64,000 nucleotides of DNA from Parcubacteria bacterium C7867-004 (GCA_001189075.1 LFCN01000006.1:81605-145604), one strand, 5' to 3'. Shown: positions 8,203 to 17,605, numbered from the stretch's first letter. Made by a program: numbers and translations. Notes: generated by a model from the sequence alone, not told the origin.

Positions 8203-9261
8203 TTACTTCAAAACCATCGCCAGTTCTTCCGCACCTGTTGAGAAATCCGCTACCAACTGGGCAACTGTTTTCGATAGCAGATACTGCTTAAGGTCGATGC
8301 CAGTATCCTCGCGGAAGCTACGTTCGATGTGGCGTGCGGTAATCGCGCTCACGTTGCTTCCTGGCTTGCTGGTGGTGATGAGCGCGATAAGCTCTCCCTT
8401 CGCGTTCGCGACACCGCCGCCGGAAGATCCCGCCTGAGCCGCACTGTTTGCGCCGAGCGCGATGAGATCGATAGCATTCAGGTCGAACGTCTGCCGGAAT
8501 GCATATACGCTCTTAATGCTTCCGAATGCGAGCGTCGGATAGAGTGCGTTGCGCACCTGCTCTGCGCTCAATCCCTGTGCGCCGTAGGATGCGAGGACTT
8601 CTTCTTGTTTAATAGCAAGAGGGCTGGACTTAAGAGGAACTGACGGATAGGAAGAGGGAAGAGGATTTCCCGAAAGACTTCCGGTTATCGCTACGAGCGC
8701 GAAATCGTATTCGCCTGTACCTGATGGCTTTCCTGAAAGTGCGGTTCCCGGATGCGCTTTGATCCAGGCCTTTGATATATACACGAGCTCGCCCTTGTAT
8801 GCGGCTTTTGCGGGGCTTCCGGTGCGTATTGAGCAGGAGGTGGTAGTCGGGCCTTCCTTGAGCAGCAGGAACTGCGCGACGTGGGCATTCGTGAGAATCA
8901 CTCCGCGGGAGTCGATTACGACGCCGCTTCCCGAGGTAAGGAACTGTCCGGAAGGAGTATTGATCGTACAGACGATGTTAACGAGCGACTTGCCGAGTTT
9001 CGCGAGCGCGAGTGTCAGATTCTCTGAAGAACTTGCCGGAGCTTTGGTCGCTACGGCAGTCTTGGTGCTCGTGGCGTTCTTACTCTTTGACGCGAGCCCT
9101 GCAATGATCGCACGGGCTCCTGAAGGCATGCCAGATGGGGACGTGGTGCTCGCTATGCCGCTTACGTTGTACTCTGAGAGAAAGCCATTCGTCGCGAACA
9201 CGGAGAGGAAGAGCGCGAGGGCCACCGCAACTCCGAGTGCGCCGAGATCGGTCCGGTTCAT
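8203..9261 (-). CDS. Membrane-anchored trypsin-like serine protease (S1 family)
   Basis: N-terminal TM/signal (LGALGVAVALALFLSVFA) and catalytic motifs GSGVVIDSRGVILTNAHV ... GSSGGGVANAKGELIALITT. Start chosen at internal Met (MNRTDLG...). Confidence 0.8.
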   Translation of the reverse strand: MNRTDLGALGVAVALALFLSVFATNGFLSEYNVSGIASTTSPSGMPSGARAIIAGLASKSKNATSTKTAVATKAPASSSENLTLALAKLGKSLVNIVCTINTPSGQFLTSGSGVVIDSRGVILTNAHVAQFLLLKEGPTTTSCSIRTGSPAKAAYKGELVYISKAWIKAHPGTALSGKPSGTGEYDFALVAITGSLSGNPLPSSYPSVPLKSSPLAIKQEEVLASYGAQGLSAEQVRNALYPTLAFGSIKSVYAFRQTFDLNAIDLIALGANSAAQAGSSGGGVANAKGELIALITTSKPGSNVSAITARHIERSFREDTGIDLKQYLLSKTVAQLVADFSTGAEELAMVLK

Positions 9262-9348
9262 ACCGCTACGATACACCCATCTTGTCAAAAATAAAGGCGC
9301 GTCTGCGCACAGGCGGACGCGCGGAAGATATGCTATTCTCGTAGCTGC

Positions 9349-9419
9349 GCGGGATTAGTTTAATGGTAGAACATCAGTTTTCCAAACTGAGAGCAGGAGT
9401 CCGATTCTCCTATCCCGCA
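9349..9419 (+). tRNA. tRNA-Gly (anticodon TCC), with an unusual T-loop (TCCGATT, C at position 55) and no encoded CCA
   Basis: Acceptor gcgggat/atcccgc, Gly-type D-arm (gttt-aatggta-gaac), anticodon stem tcagt/actga with loop ttTCCaa, T-arm aggag-TCCGATT-ctcct. Confidence 0.55.
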
Positions 9420-9510
9420 CCTCATTTCTTCACGGTGCTCCGTGGTATCGTATATGCATAAAGACTCGTGCATATCGTACGAGCCAGAAGATATCCTTAG
9501 CACTTTCCCT

Positions 9511-10464
9511 ATGTCCATTTCCATCCAAAAAAACCTGGCTGTGCTCGCACTTCTCGGAAGTATCGCATTCCTAAGCTTCGCTCTTATGCCGGCAAACGCT
9601 CGCGCGGCAGACGTCTGTTCGTTCACCACGAACCTCGAGCTTGGTGTCGAGAGCGAATCCGTCCGCTGCCTTCAGAAGTACTTGAATGCCGAGGGCTTTA
9701 CCGTCTCTGATACCGGTGTCGGCTCCATGGGATACGAAACCACGCAGTTCAAGGCAAAGACCCAGGCTGCGGTTATCAAGTGGCAGATCGCCAACGGTAT
9801 AAGCCCTGCAACCGGAACCTTCGGACCGCTTTCACGCGCGAAGTACCAGCTCATGGTACTTACTGGCGGCTCAACGCAGACTCCGACCCCGACACCGGTG
9901 CCGCCGGTATATGTCCCGACACCGGTACCTGCTCCGGTCCCGAGCGTCGATCCTGAGCAAAAGAAGGCTCTCGAGATGATGCGCGATGCCCGTAACGCCT
10001 ACGAGGACGCGAACGACGACTACGAGGATGCTAAAGATGACGGCGACGAACTCGGCAAGTCGAAGACCTACATCGCAGAGGCGAAAGAGCACCTTTTTGA
10101 TGCCTTCTATGCGTTACTCGACGAGGACTACGGTGATGCTCGTGACAGCGCAAGCGACGCCAAGGAAGCGGCGGAGAATGCGAGCGATGAGATCGATGGC
10201 AGTGGAAACGGAGACGGAAGCGACAAGGCAGACGCAAAGGACGCCATAAAGGATGCGAAGAACGCCATCGCAGACCTTAAGGATGCCATTGAGGAAGCTG
10301 ATGACGACGGGGACGATGTCGACGACGCTGAAGACCTCCTTAATGACGCGGAGAACGCGCTTGAGGATGCCGAGGACGCGTACGATGACGAAGACTACGA
10401 GGATGCTATCGACTCAGCCGAAGAGGCAGAGGACCTCGCTGACGAGGGAATGGACGAGCTTTAA
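9511..10464 (+). CDS. Secreted protein with a signal peptide, a peptidoglycan-binding (PG_binding_1-like) domain, a Pro/Thr linker and a ~190-aa extremely acidic D/E/A-rich low-complexity C-terminus
   Basis: Signal MSISIQKNLAVLALLGSIAFLSFALMPANARA. The domain CLQKYLNAEGFTVSDTGVGSMGYETTQFKAKTQAAVIKWQIANGISPATGTFGP resembles the PG-binding repeat. The linker is TPTPTPVPPVYVPTPVPAPVPS, and the tail is dominated by DAxDAxxDAEDA repeats. Confidence 0.7.
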   Translation: MSISIQKNLAVLALLGSIAFLSFALMPANARAADVCSFTTNLELGVESESVRCLQKYLNAEGFTVSDTGVGSMGYETTQFKAKTQAAVIKWQIANGISPATGTFGPLSRAKYQLMVLTGGSTQTPTPTPVPPVYVPTPVPAPVPSVDPEQKKALEMMRDARNAYEDANDDYEDAKDDGDELGKSKTYIAEAKEHLFDAFYALLDEDYGDARDSASDAKEAAENASDEIDGSGNGDGSDKADAKDAIKDAKNAIADLKDAIEEADDDGDDVDDAEDLLNDAENALEDAEDAYDDEDYEDAIDSAEEAEDLADEGMDEL

Positions 10465-10484
10465 TTTAAGATAACTATTGAACG

Positions 10485-10512
10485 AAAAGGCCCGCGTGAC
10501 GCGGGCCTTTCT
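10485..10512 (+). terminator. Intrinsic terminator (aaaaggcccgcg-tga-cgcgggccttt)
   Basis: Perfect GC-rich hairpin followed by a T tract, after the acidic protein gene. Confidence 0.75.
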
Positions 10513-10571
10513 CGTGTACGAGACATGAAGAAGTGTATTGCGTGCTGCGAGGACAGGCGTACGCTGGATAC

Positions 10572-11711
10572 ATGGAACCGCTCGCCAACCGTATACGCCC
10601 GCAATCTCTCGACGAATTCGTCGGACAGGAGCATCTGGTAGGGGAGGGAAAACCACTCCGCGTTGCTATCGAAAAGAAACATCGCTTCTCCTTCGTGCTG
10701 TGGGGCCCGCCAGGCACCGGGAAGACAACTATCGCCCGCATCTATGCTCGTGCGCTCGATGCGGAACTGTACGAGCTTTCAGCGGTCTCAGCGGGCAAGG
10801 AGGATATTCGCAAGATCGTCGGAAGCGGTGCCGCTCCGAGTCTCGAACTGCGGCCGAAGGTACTCTTTCTCGACGAGATACACCGCTTCAACAAGGCACA
10901 GCAGGATTTTCTTCTGCCGTATGTCGAGAGCGGGCAGCTGACGCTCATCGGCGCAACCACGGAGAATCCCTCTTTCGAGGTTATCCCCGCTCTGCTTTCG
11001 CGCTCGAGAGTGTTCGTACTCGAGCCTCTTGATGAGGAGTCGCTACGCGCCATCATTGCGCGGACGAAAGTGAAGCTCGGGAAGGATGCGTTCGAGTGGC
11101 TCATGGGGTACGCAAACGGCGACGCGCGCAAAGCGCTCACGATGCTCGAGGGAGCGAAGGCGCTTTATGGGAAAGTTACCGTGGAGGCATTGAATCGCGC
11201 GCTCGAATCCTCGCATCTTCGCTACGACAAGAAGGGCGGCGAGCACTACGACACCATCAGCGCGTTCATAAAGAGCATGCGCGCTTCGCAGCCCGACGCT
11301 GCCGTCTACTATCTCGCACGGATGGTTGAGGCAGGAGAGGATCCGCTCTTCATTGCCCGAAGGATGGTTATCTTCGCGTCGGAAGACATCGGACTCGCTC
11401 AACCGACAGCGCTTGTGGTTGCGAATGCAGTGTTCCGTGCCTGCGAGACTATCGGCTACCCCGAGTGCGCGATAAACCTCGCGCACGGCGTCGCATATCT
11501 AGCACAGACGAAGAAGGATCGCTCGGCATATGATGCACTCCGTGCAGCGCAAGCCGATATACAGAAGACCGGGAACCTTCCGGTGCCCAAGCACATCCGA
11601 AATGCGCCGACCAAGCTCATGAAGGAGCTCGAGTACGGGAAAGGGTACGAGATGTATGACGACGTGAGCTATCTCCCGGAGAAGCTGAAGAACAAGAAGT
11701 ATTTTGAATAA
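10572..11711 (+). CDS. rarA: Replication-associated recombination protein A (AAA+ ATPase, MgsA/RarA)
   Basis: LDEFVGQEHLVGEGKPL...VLWGPPGTGKTTIARIYA...LFLDEIHRFNKAQQDFLLPYVESG and C-terminal MgsA helical domain motifs. Confidence 0.9.
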   Translation: MEPLANRIRPQSLDEFVGQEHLVGEGKPLRVAIEKKHRFSFVLWGPPGTGKTTIARIYARALDAELYELSAVSAGKEDIRKIVGSGAAPSLELRPKVLFLDEIHRFNKAQQDFLLPYVESGQLTLIGATTENPSFEVIPALLSRSRVFVLEPLDEESLRAIIARTKVKLGKDAFEWLMGYANGDARKALTMLEGAKALYGKVTVEALNRALESSHLRYDKKGGEHYDTISAFIKSMRASQPDAAVYYLARMVEAGEDPLFIARRMVIFASEDIGLAQPTALVVANAVFRACETIGYPECAINLAHGVAYLAQTKKDRSAYDALRAAQADIQKTGNLPVPKHIRNAPTKLMKELEYGKGYEMYDDVSYLPEKLKNKKYFE

Positions 11712-11911
11712 AGAAAAGACCACCCCTACGGATGGCCTCAAGCGTGTTCAGTGCGGAGAATCAGCGGTGCGTAGCGGCCCATATAGCTACACCAATCACA
11801 ACGAAATGCATCAGGATATATCCGATAGCACACGCCCAGCAATTGGTAACAGAGCGCAGCCCAATGAACCAATCTTTTACGGCACGTGGCGACATCGAGA
11901 CTCTCCTTATT

Positions 11912-12313
11912 CTATGTGACGTCGACCAGTTCTTGCCGATCGCCGACCTCGCCGATATAGGTGATCATCTCGATGAGCGTCCTGCCCGGATCTGCGATTG
12001 AAAGGTGTGCATCTCCTGGACCGAAATTGAAACGGTCGCCAGCCACGAGCCCTTCCCTTCCTTGGTTGGAGCGGATAGAGCCCGAACCGAAGGCGGCATT
12101 GCCAAAGCTGTAGCCGTTGTGGGCATGAAGTAGGCCATCCTGGTCCGTGACCTCGATACGAGCGGTTCGAACCTCGATCCGCTTGCCTTGTTCGAGAAGC
12201 GAACGACACCAGTCGGTGATGTCGACCGGCGGGTCGTAGAAGCACGAGCTGTCGCCGGTGCCCATCAAGTGGTGTTCGTGACCGTCCCGGTCGGGATGGA
12301 TGCGAAGTGCCAT
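11912..12313 (-). CDS. Hypothetical protein with cupin-like motifs (His-rich N-terminus HPDRDGHEHH; GLLHAHNG...GPGDAH)
   Basis: G(X)nHXH and GxxxxxGPGDAH patterns suggest a cupin metal site. Start at MALRIHPD. Overlaps the upstream gene by 4 bp. Confidence 0.55.
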   Translation of the reverse strand: MALRIHPDRDGHEHHLMGTGDSSCFYDPPVDITDWCRSLLEQGKRIEVRTARIEVTDQDGLLHAHNGYSFGNAAFGSGSIRSNQGREGLVAGDRFNFGPGDAHLSIADPGRTLIEMITYIGEVGDRQELVDVT

Positions 12314-12396
12314 ATCCTTTTCTCTCCTTTCAGGCGCGAACCTTTTTCGCGCCTGAATAAGAGGGAGAAGCCGGAGCTTCTCCCAGTAGCTGACCC

Positions 12397-12855
12397 TCAC
12401 AATGCGAGGACTTCTCGAATCGTTCCCAAGAGGGATTCCCGCGCGGCGATCTCATCCTTGTTAGGATTCTTGCTGTTGCTCAGGTACATCTTGCTTTGGA
12501 AGCAGAACGGGGTATTCAGAGAACCGTACACTCGCGAGACCGAGATGGTCTTGGGATAGTAGCCAAGCCGAGCCTCGATGTGGATTCCATCGAAATCGCA
12601 GTAATCGAACTTCCAGTTCAGAAGAAGGATGCCATCCTCTCCGAGCGCCTCTCGGACTAGCGCCACCGTCTGATCGAGTGTCAGGATGGTCACGCCGCCC
12701 TCGGCATGCCCGAAGGCATGAGCTTCAGCAGCTCCTTCTTGAGGATTGATCACCTTGATGGTGCAGGGCAGCTCGTCCTGGCTTTCAAGGAAATCCTTCA
12801 GCGGCTTGATCTCGTTATCAAGCCCGAGAACGAGAACGATTTTGATCGGTTCCAT
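12397..12855 (-). CDS. Hypothetical protein, 152 aa, no recognisable family
   Basis: ORF with protein-like composition, translationally coupled (4-bp overlap) to the cupin-like gene. A divergent AT-rich promoter region lies upstream (12856..13009). Confidence 0.55.
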   Translation of the reverse strand: MEPIKIVLVLGLDNEIKPLKDFLESQDELPCTIKVINPQEGAAEAHAFGHAEGGVTILTLDQTVALVREALGEDGILLLNWKFDYCDFDGIHIEARLGYYPKTISVSRVYGSLNTPFCFQSKMYLSNSKNPNKDEIAARESLLGTIREVLAL

Positions 12856-13009
12856 CAGAGTTCTTCTCCATTGGGTTAGGCGTTGCAGGCCAATTCGGAT
12901 TAATCAATGTACATTGACTTCAATAAGAATTATGTCTTAAAGACTATATACGTCAAGAAATGTCGGACAAATGTTGACATAAATTCGACAACAGAATAGC
13001 CTGTAGATA

Positions 13010-13774
13010 ATGGATGAAAAGTTGCTGGCTGCCCTAGATCTGAACCCAAGCGAAATAGCCGTATATACGGCCGTTCTTGAGAGTGGGGGTCTCCCGCCAG
13101 CGCAGCTTGCGAAGGTGGCCGGTATGAAGCGCACAACCGCCTACAGCGTCGCTGGCTCTCTGGTTGAGAAGGGTCTGCTCATTGAAGACGCTACGAAACG
13201 CCCTCGAGTGTTCACCCCTTCAGCACCCGAACAGGTACTCGCGCTCATGGATACCGAGAAGAAACGGGTGTCGGAGCGGGAAGGAGTGCTTACAAACCTT
13301 GCCAACGAACTCTCAAAACGCTCGGCAGCACAGTCCTATCCAGTCCCCACGGTTCGATTCATACCCGAAGACAAGCTCGACGGCTTCCTTAGGCAGCAGG
13401 CGCCGCTTTGGGATACGAATATGCTCGAGACCGAACCGACGTGGTGGGGATTCCAGGATCACACGTTCGTTGAGCGGTATGGAACATGGATCGCTTCATA
13501 TTGGGAGCAGGCACCAAAGGAAATAGATCTGAAACTGCTATCAAACCGCGCGCCAGCAGAGGTAGCTTTTGCTAATAGCTACGAGAATCTTGAACGCCGC
13601 AACATAAAGTACTGGGGCGAAGCGACCGGTTTCCTCTCGACCACGTGGGTGATAGGGGACTATATCGTGATGATAAACACGCGCACGAAGCCGTTCTACT
13701 TGGTCGAGATACACGACAAGCTTATGGCGCATGACCAGCGCGAAGTGTTTCGGAATCTCTGGGACATGGTGTAG
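13010..13774 (+). CDS. TrmB-family transcriptional regulator (N-terminal wHTH, C-terminal ligand-binding domain)
   Basis: LDLNPSEIAVYTAVLESGGLPPAQLAKVAGMKRTTAYSVAGSLVEKGLL is a TrmB-type HTH. Confidence 0.75.
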   Translation: MDEKLLAALDLNPSEIAVYTAVLESGGLPPAQLAKVAGMKRTTAYSVAGSLVEKGLLIEDATKRPRVFTPSAPEQVLALMDTEKKRVSEREGVLTNLANELSKRSAAQSYPVPTVRFIPEDKLDGFLRQQAPLWDTNMLETEPTWWGFQDHTFVERYGTWIASYWEQAPKEIDLKLLSNRAPAEVAFANSYENLERRNIKYWGEATGFLSTTWVIGDYIVMINTRTKPFYLVEIHDKLMAHDQREVFRNLWDMV

Positions 13775-13783
13775 TCTACGGCT

Positions 13784-14344
13784 ATGAAAATCGGCATCAT
13801 GGGCGCGGAAGGGAGCTTCTCGGAGGAAGCAGCAAGGACCTATATGGCAAAAGAGGGCATCGACGCGGAGATAGTCTTCCTCATTTCTGCTGAGCGCGTG
13901 CTAACGGCGCTTGAAGCGAACGAAATCGATCTCGGTATCTTCCCGATAGAGAACAGCAACGGCGGCATCGTGATCGAGGCGGTCCATGCTATGGCGAAGC
14001 ACCGCTTTCAGGTGAAGAAGATGTTCGAGATAGACGTGCATCAGAACCTGATGGCAAAGAAGGGCGTGAATCCCGAGCAGATAACCGCCATAACCTCGCA
14101 TGATCAGGCGCTCAAGCAGTGCCGCATGTATCTGAAGCGGAAATGGCCAGGTGTTGAGATCGAGGAATACGCGGATACCGCCAAGGCGGCTGCAGACATC
14201 GCGAACGGTACGCTTTCAGAGACAACCGCCGCCATCGCTTCACGCCGTGCCGCTGAGATATACGGTCTCGATATCATCGAAGAGAGCATCCAAGATCTGA
14301 AGTTCAACTACACGAGCTTCGTGGTTGCAGAACGCATAGCGTAG
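13784..14344 (+). CDS. Prephenate dehydratase (PDT) domain protein lacking the ACT regulatory domain
   Basis: IGIMGAEGSFSEEAA...PIENSNGGIV...TSHDQALKQC motifs of the PDT domain. The protein ends after ~186 aa. Confidence 0.75.
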   Translation: MKIGIMGAEGSFSEEAARTYMAKEGIDAEIVFLISAERVLTALEANEIDLGIFPIENSNGGIVIEAVHAMAKHRFQVKKMFEIDVHQNLMAKKGVNPEQITAITSHDQALKQCRMYLKRKWPGVEIEEYADTAKAAADIANGTLSETTAAIASRRAAEIYGLDIIEESIQDLKFNYTSFVVAERIA

Positions 14345-14399
14345 TGACAAAACGAAAAGCCGCCCAGAAGGGCGGCTTTCGCGTAAGAAACCTAACTGG

Positions 14400-14672
14400 T
14401 TACTTAACTGCGTCCTTGAGCGCCTTTGCTGCACGGAACTTAGGCGTGCGGGTAGCAGCGATCTTGATGGTCTCACCGGTGCGTGGGTTGCGGCCGGTGC
14501 GAGCTGGGCGAGCCTTCGCGCTGAAGATACCGAGGCCAGCGATAGAAACCTCGTCGCCGCTCTTGAGGCCGGAGACAATGCTCTCGATAACGGACTCGAC
14601 TGCGCGGTCTGCGTCAGCCTTGGTGCCGCCGAGAACTTCCTGGACCTTCGATGCGATGTCTGCTTTGTTCAT
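14400..14672 (-). CDS. hup: DNA-binding protein HU
   Basis: MNKADIASKV...GLGIFSAKARPARTGRNPRTGETIKI is the classical HU arm motif. Confidence 0.95.
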   Translation of the reverse strand: MNKADIASKVQEVLGGTKADADRAVESVIESIVSGLKSGDEVSIAGLGIFSAKARPARTGRNPRTGETIKIAATRTPKFRAAKALKDAVK

Positions 14673-14853
14673 AGTATTTCGTTAGGGGTCTAATTCCTCA
14701 CAGGGCTGCCGCGTTCGGAGCGTTTCCCGAGGGAACTGCGTCCGAGCGCGATAGCCCTGAAAAATCGAGGGCTACGGGAGAAAGTATAGGAAATGAGCCA
14801 TATTGCGCAATAGGGCTTGAAAAAGTCCGTGGATAAGGTGAAATCACGCTTTC

Positions 14854-15153
14854 GTGCGCACGTATACTCATTCAATGAGCGTAGAGATGGGACAACAGAA
14901 CTATTTGAACAAACGACCGAGCCTTGAAAGCTATAAGGCGGCCTCAATACAAGCTTTGGAAGAACAATTCGCTACCATAGAGAGCGATATGCGGGATGGC
15001 CAGAAGCGTAGCAAATATCGCCTTCTTCTCAGTGTTGCGTATGCCGAGCTGCTGTCGCTCGAAGAACGAGGCTTCCTTACAGAAGCTCAAGCAGCCATAC
15101 TCCACGAGCGATCGGAAGCCATCAATGACCAGCTCTACGAAAAAGCCGCCTAG
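14854..15153 (+). CDS. Hypothetical protein (92–99 aa; alternative start at 14875)
   Basis: ORF followed directly by a terminator hairpin that contains its stop codon. Confidence 0.45.
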   Translation: MRTYTHSMSVEMGQQNYLNKRPSLESYKAASIQALEEQFATIESDMRDGQKRSKYRLLLSVAYAELLSLEERGFLTEAQAAILHERSEAINDQLYEKAA

Positions 15154-15168
15154 AGGGCGGCTTCTTGC
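15141..15168. terminator. Bidirectional intrinsic terminator (aagccgcc-TAGAG-ggcggctt) between the hypothetical gene (+) and rny (-)
   Basis: Perfect 8-bp GC stem flanked by an A-run 5' and a T-run 3'. Confidence 0.7.
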
Positions 15169-15191
15169 GTATTCCTGCTAACTTCCCTTCG

Positions 15192-16721
15192 TTATCGTGC
15201 GAACTCAACGACCCGGTTCTCGCGAATGATATTCACCTTGATCTCACCTGGATACTTAAGCTCTCCTTGTACGCGTTCGGCGATATCGCGCGCCATTTTG
15301 TGCATGGCGATGTCGGATACCTTGCCCGGGTTCACGAAGATACGGATCTCGCGACCTGCACTGATTGCATAGACCTTTTCAACTCCTGGGAAGGTCATAG
15401 CGATGCGCTCAAGGTCTCCCAAGCGATCGAGGTACCGCTCTACGGTGTCACGGCGTGCTCCAGGGCGACCCGCTGAGAGCGCGTCCGCTACCTGGACGAT
15501 GATGGACTCCGGCGTTTCATACGGATATTCCTCGTGATGCGACTGCATCGCCTGGATAACCGCCTTATCCACGCCGAACTTCTCGAGGATACGGCGGCCT
15601 ATCTCGACGTGTGTACCTTCCACTTCATGATCAACGGCTTTTCCGATGTCATGAAGGAGCGCGCCCGCTTTGGCGACGTCTGCGTTAGCTCCCAGTTCTG
15701 AAGCGAGCATGCCAGATAGGTGCGCCATCTCTATAGAGTGCTGGAGTACGTTCTGTCCGTAGCTCGTGCGGAAGTAGAGGCGACCAAGGAGCGAGGTAAG
15801 ACGCGGGTCGAGGCCGACGATACCTACTTCATATGCCGCTTCCTCGCCCTTCTGCTTCACCATCTCAGCGATGTCATTCTTCGCCTTCTCGACGGTCTCC
15901 TCGATTTTCGCCGGCTGGATGCGCCCGTCGGTGATGAGCTGCTCGAGTGCGATCTTCGCGATGTGGCGTCGAATAGGGTCGAAGGAGGAGAGGGTTATCT
16001 TGTCTGGCGCGTCGTCGATGATGACGTCGACACCGGTAGCGCGCTCGAAGGCCTTGATGTTGCGGCCTTCCTTGCCGATTATCTTGCCCTTCACTTCTTC
16101 AGACGGAATGGAGACCGAAAGCGTCATCACCTCGCTGTTCACGGAAGAACCGAGGCGATGGATGATCGACAAGAGAATAGCGCGCGCCTTCTCGTCCAGC
16201 TGCTTGCGGCCGTTCGCTTCAAGCTTCTGAAGCCTGGCGAGAATACTTTCCTCGAGGTGTTCCTCGAGATCCCTCATGAGCGCTTTCTTCGCGTCTTCCT
16301 CCGAAAGGCGAGCGAGGCGCACTAATTCATGCCGGCGCTCCGCGAGCACCTTGTCGGCTTCACGCTTCACGTTCGCGACCTCATTCTCGCGATTCTTCAC
16401 GTCTTCAGCTTCTGCTACCAAGGTGCGTTCACGCTCATCGAGGAATTCCTCGCGCTTCGCAATACGCTCTGCAAACTTGGAAACGCGCTCCTCGCGCTCC
16501 TTAAGAGGAGCGGCACGTTCGTTCTCTACTTGCTCGGCGCGTTCTTTGGCTTCAGCGAGGAGTTTGTTAGCCCGCTCCTTCGCCTCGAGCATCTTCTGCT
16601 TCACTTCAAGCTCAAGAGAGCCGCGCTGACCGAGCGCTATCAAAAGCCGGAGTACATACCCCAGCGCAATACCCGCAAGGCCAGAGAAGGCCAGCAGGCT
16701 CAACAGTATCTTTATGGACAT
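15192..16721 (-). CDS. rny: Ribonuclease Y
   Basis: N-terminal TM anchor, long coiled-coil, KH domain (GKIIGKEGRNIKAFE) and HD domain (LLHDIGKA...). The architecture is diagnostic. Confidence 0.93.
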   Translation of the reverse strand: MSIKILLSLLAFSGLAGIALGYVLRLLIALGQRGSLELEVKQKMLEAKERANKLLAEAKERAEQVENERAAPLKEREERVSKFAERIAKREEFLDERERTLVAEAEDVKNRENEVANVKREADKVLAERRHELVRLARLSEEDAKKALMRDLEEHLEESILARLQKLEANGRKQLDEKARAILLSIIHRLGSSVNSEVMTLSVSIPSEEVKGKIIGKEGRNIKAFERATGVDVIIDDAPDKITLSSFDPIRRHIAKIALEQLITDGRIQPAKIEETVEKAKNDIAEMVKQKGEEAAYEVGIVGLDPRLTSLLGRLYFRTSYGQNVLQHSIEMAHLSGMLASELGANADVAKAGALLHDIGKAVDHEVEGTHVEIGRRILEKFGVDKAVIQAMQSHHEEYPYETPESIIVQVADALSAGRPGARRDTVERYLDRLGDLERIAMTFPGVEKVYAISAGREIRIFVNPGKVSDIAMHKMARDIAERVQGELKYPGEIKVNIIRENRVVEFAR

Positions 16722-16913
16722 AAAACAGTTTCAGGAGCCATGAAGCGAGCACGAAAGCCCCATGGGTTTGCAAGCAAATTAGGTTCGGGGCCGGAAATAA
16801 GGACGTGGCGGCAGGATCGGCGTGCCCCGGAACTACTTCAAAATACAATAATTGACGGAGTACGTAAAACGGCGCGGTTTCTGACCACGCCGTCTCCTTG
16901 TTCGGGTGCTTTC

Positions 16914-17522
16914 TTACTTGCTCGTGTACACCTTGTCGACAAGACCGTACTTCTTCGCCTCGTCTGCCATCATGAAATAGTCGCGATCGACATCTTTCTC
17001 GATCTTCGCGAGCGGCTGTCCGGATGCCTTCGCGAGTATCTTGTTCAAGCGATCGCGCGTCGCGAGGATGTGCTTTGCGGTTATCTCGATATCGGTAGCC
17101 TGGCCCTGAGCGCCGCCCCATGGCTGATGAATCATGACTTCAGCGTTCGGAAGCGCGAAGCGCTTGCCCTTGGCTCCCGCAGCGAGAATCACTGCTGCAG
17201 CGGAAGCTGCCATACCCACCACAACCGTGGAAACGTCCGGCTTCACATGGTTCATTGTGTCGAGGATCGCGAGACCGGCCGTAACGGAGCCACCCGGGCT
17301 GTTCACGTAGAGCGAGATATCCTTCTTCGGGTCTTCCGACTCGAGGAAGAGGAGCTGGGCGATGATGAGGTTCGCCATATCGTCATCGATGCCGCCGCCA
17401 AGGAATACGATACGGTCCTTGAGCAGACGGGAGTAGATGTCGTATCCACGCTCGCCGAACTGCGATTTTTCGACAACCATCGGCACGAGCATCGAACGAG
17501 GATTCTTTGAGATGTGTTCCAT
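16914..17522 (-). CDS. clpP: ATP-dependent Clp protease proteolytic subunit
   Basis: ...[21 protein letters not shown]...[18 protein letters not shown]...[14 protein letters not shown]...MIHQP. The start is uncertain (17522 or 17492). Confidence 0.9.
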   Translation of the reverse strand: MEHISKNPRSMLVPMVVEKSQFGERGYDIYSRLLKDRIVFLGGGIDDDMANLIIAQLLFLESEDPKKDISLYVNSPGGSVTAGLAILDTMNHVKPDVSTVVVGMAASAAAVILAAGAKGKRFALPNAEVMIHQPWGGAQGQATDIEITAKHILATRDRLNKILAKASGQPLAKIEKDVDRDYFMMADEAKKYGLVDKVYTSK

Positions 17523-17560
17523 AGTCAGCTCATAGTACCAAATCCGAGGAATGATACGCA

Positions 17561-17594
17561 AAAAGCGCCAAGGCTCAGGGCCTTGGCGCTTTTC
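17561..17594. terminator. Intrinsic terminator hairpin (gcgccaaggc-tcagg-gccttggcgc), A-run on one side and T-run on the other
   Basis: 10-bp perfect stem. It serves the minus-strand membrane-protein gene upstream of clpP. Confidence 0.65.
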
Positions 17595-17605
17595 CCCGTC
17601 GCTCG

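Noticed and set aside
9871-10474. Multiple short ORFs (73–87 aa) in alternative frames inside the acidic PG-binding protein gene
   Set aside because: They are frame artefacts of the GA/GC-rich low-complexity repeat encoding the D/E/A tail.
11740-11800. Sequence ending ...tagctacacca that superficially resembles a tRNA 3' end
   Set aside because: No T-arm (GTTC-type) or acceptor pairing upstream on either strand.
16329-17510. 393-aa plus-strand ORF and neighbouring 117–201-aa plus ORFs
   Set aside because: Antisense to rny and clpP, which have diagnostic motifs.
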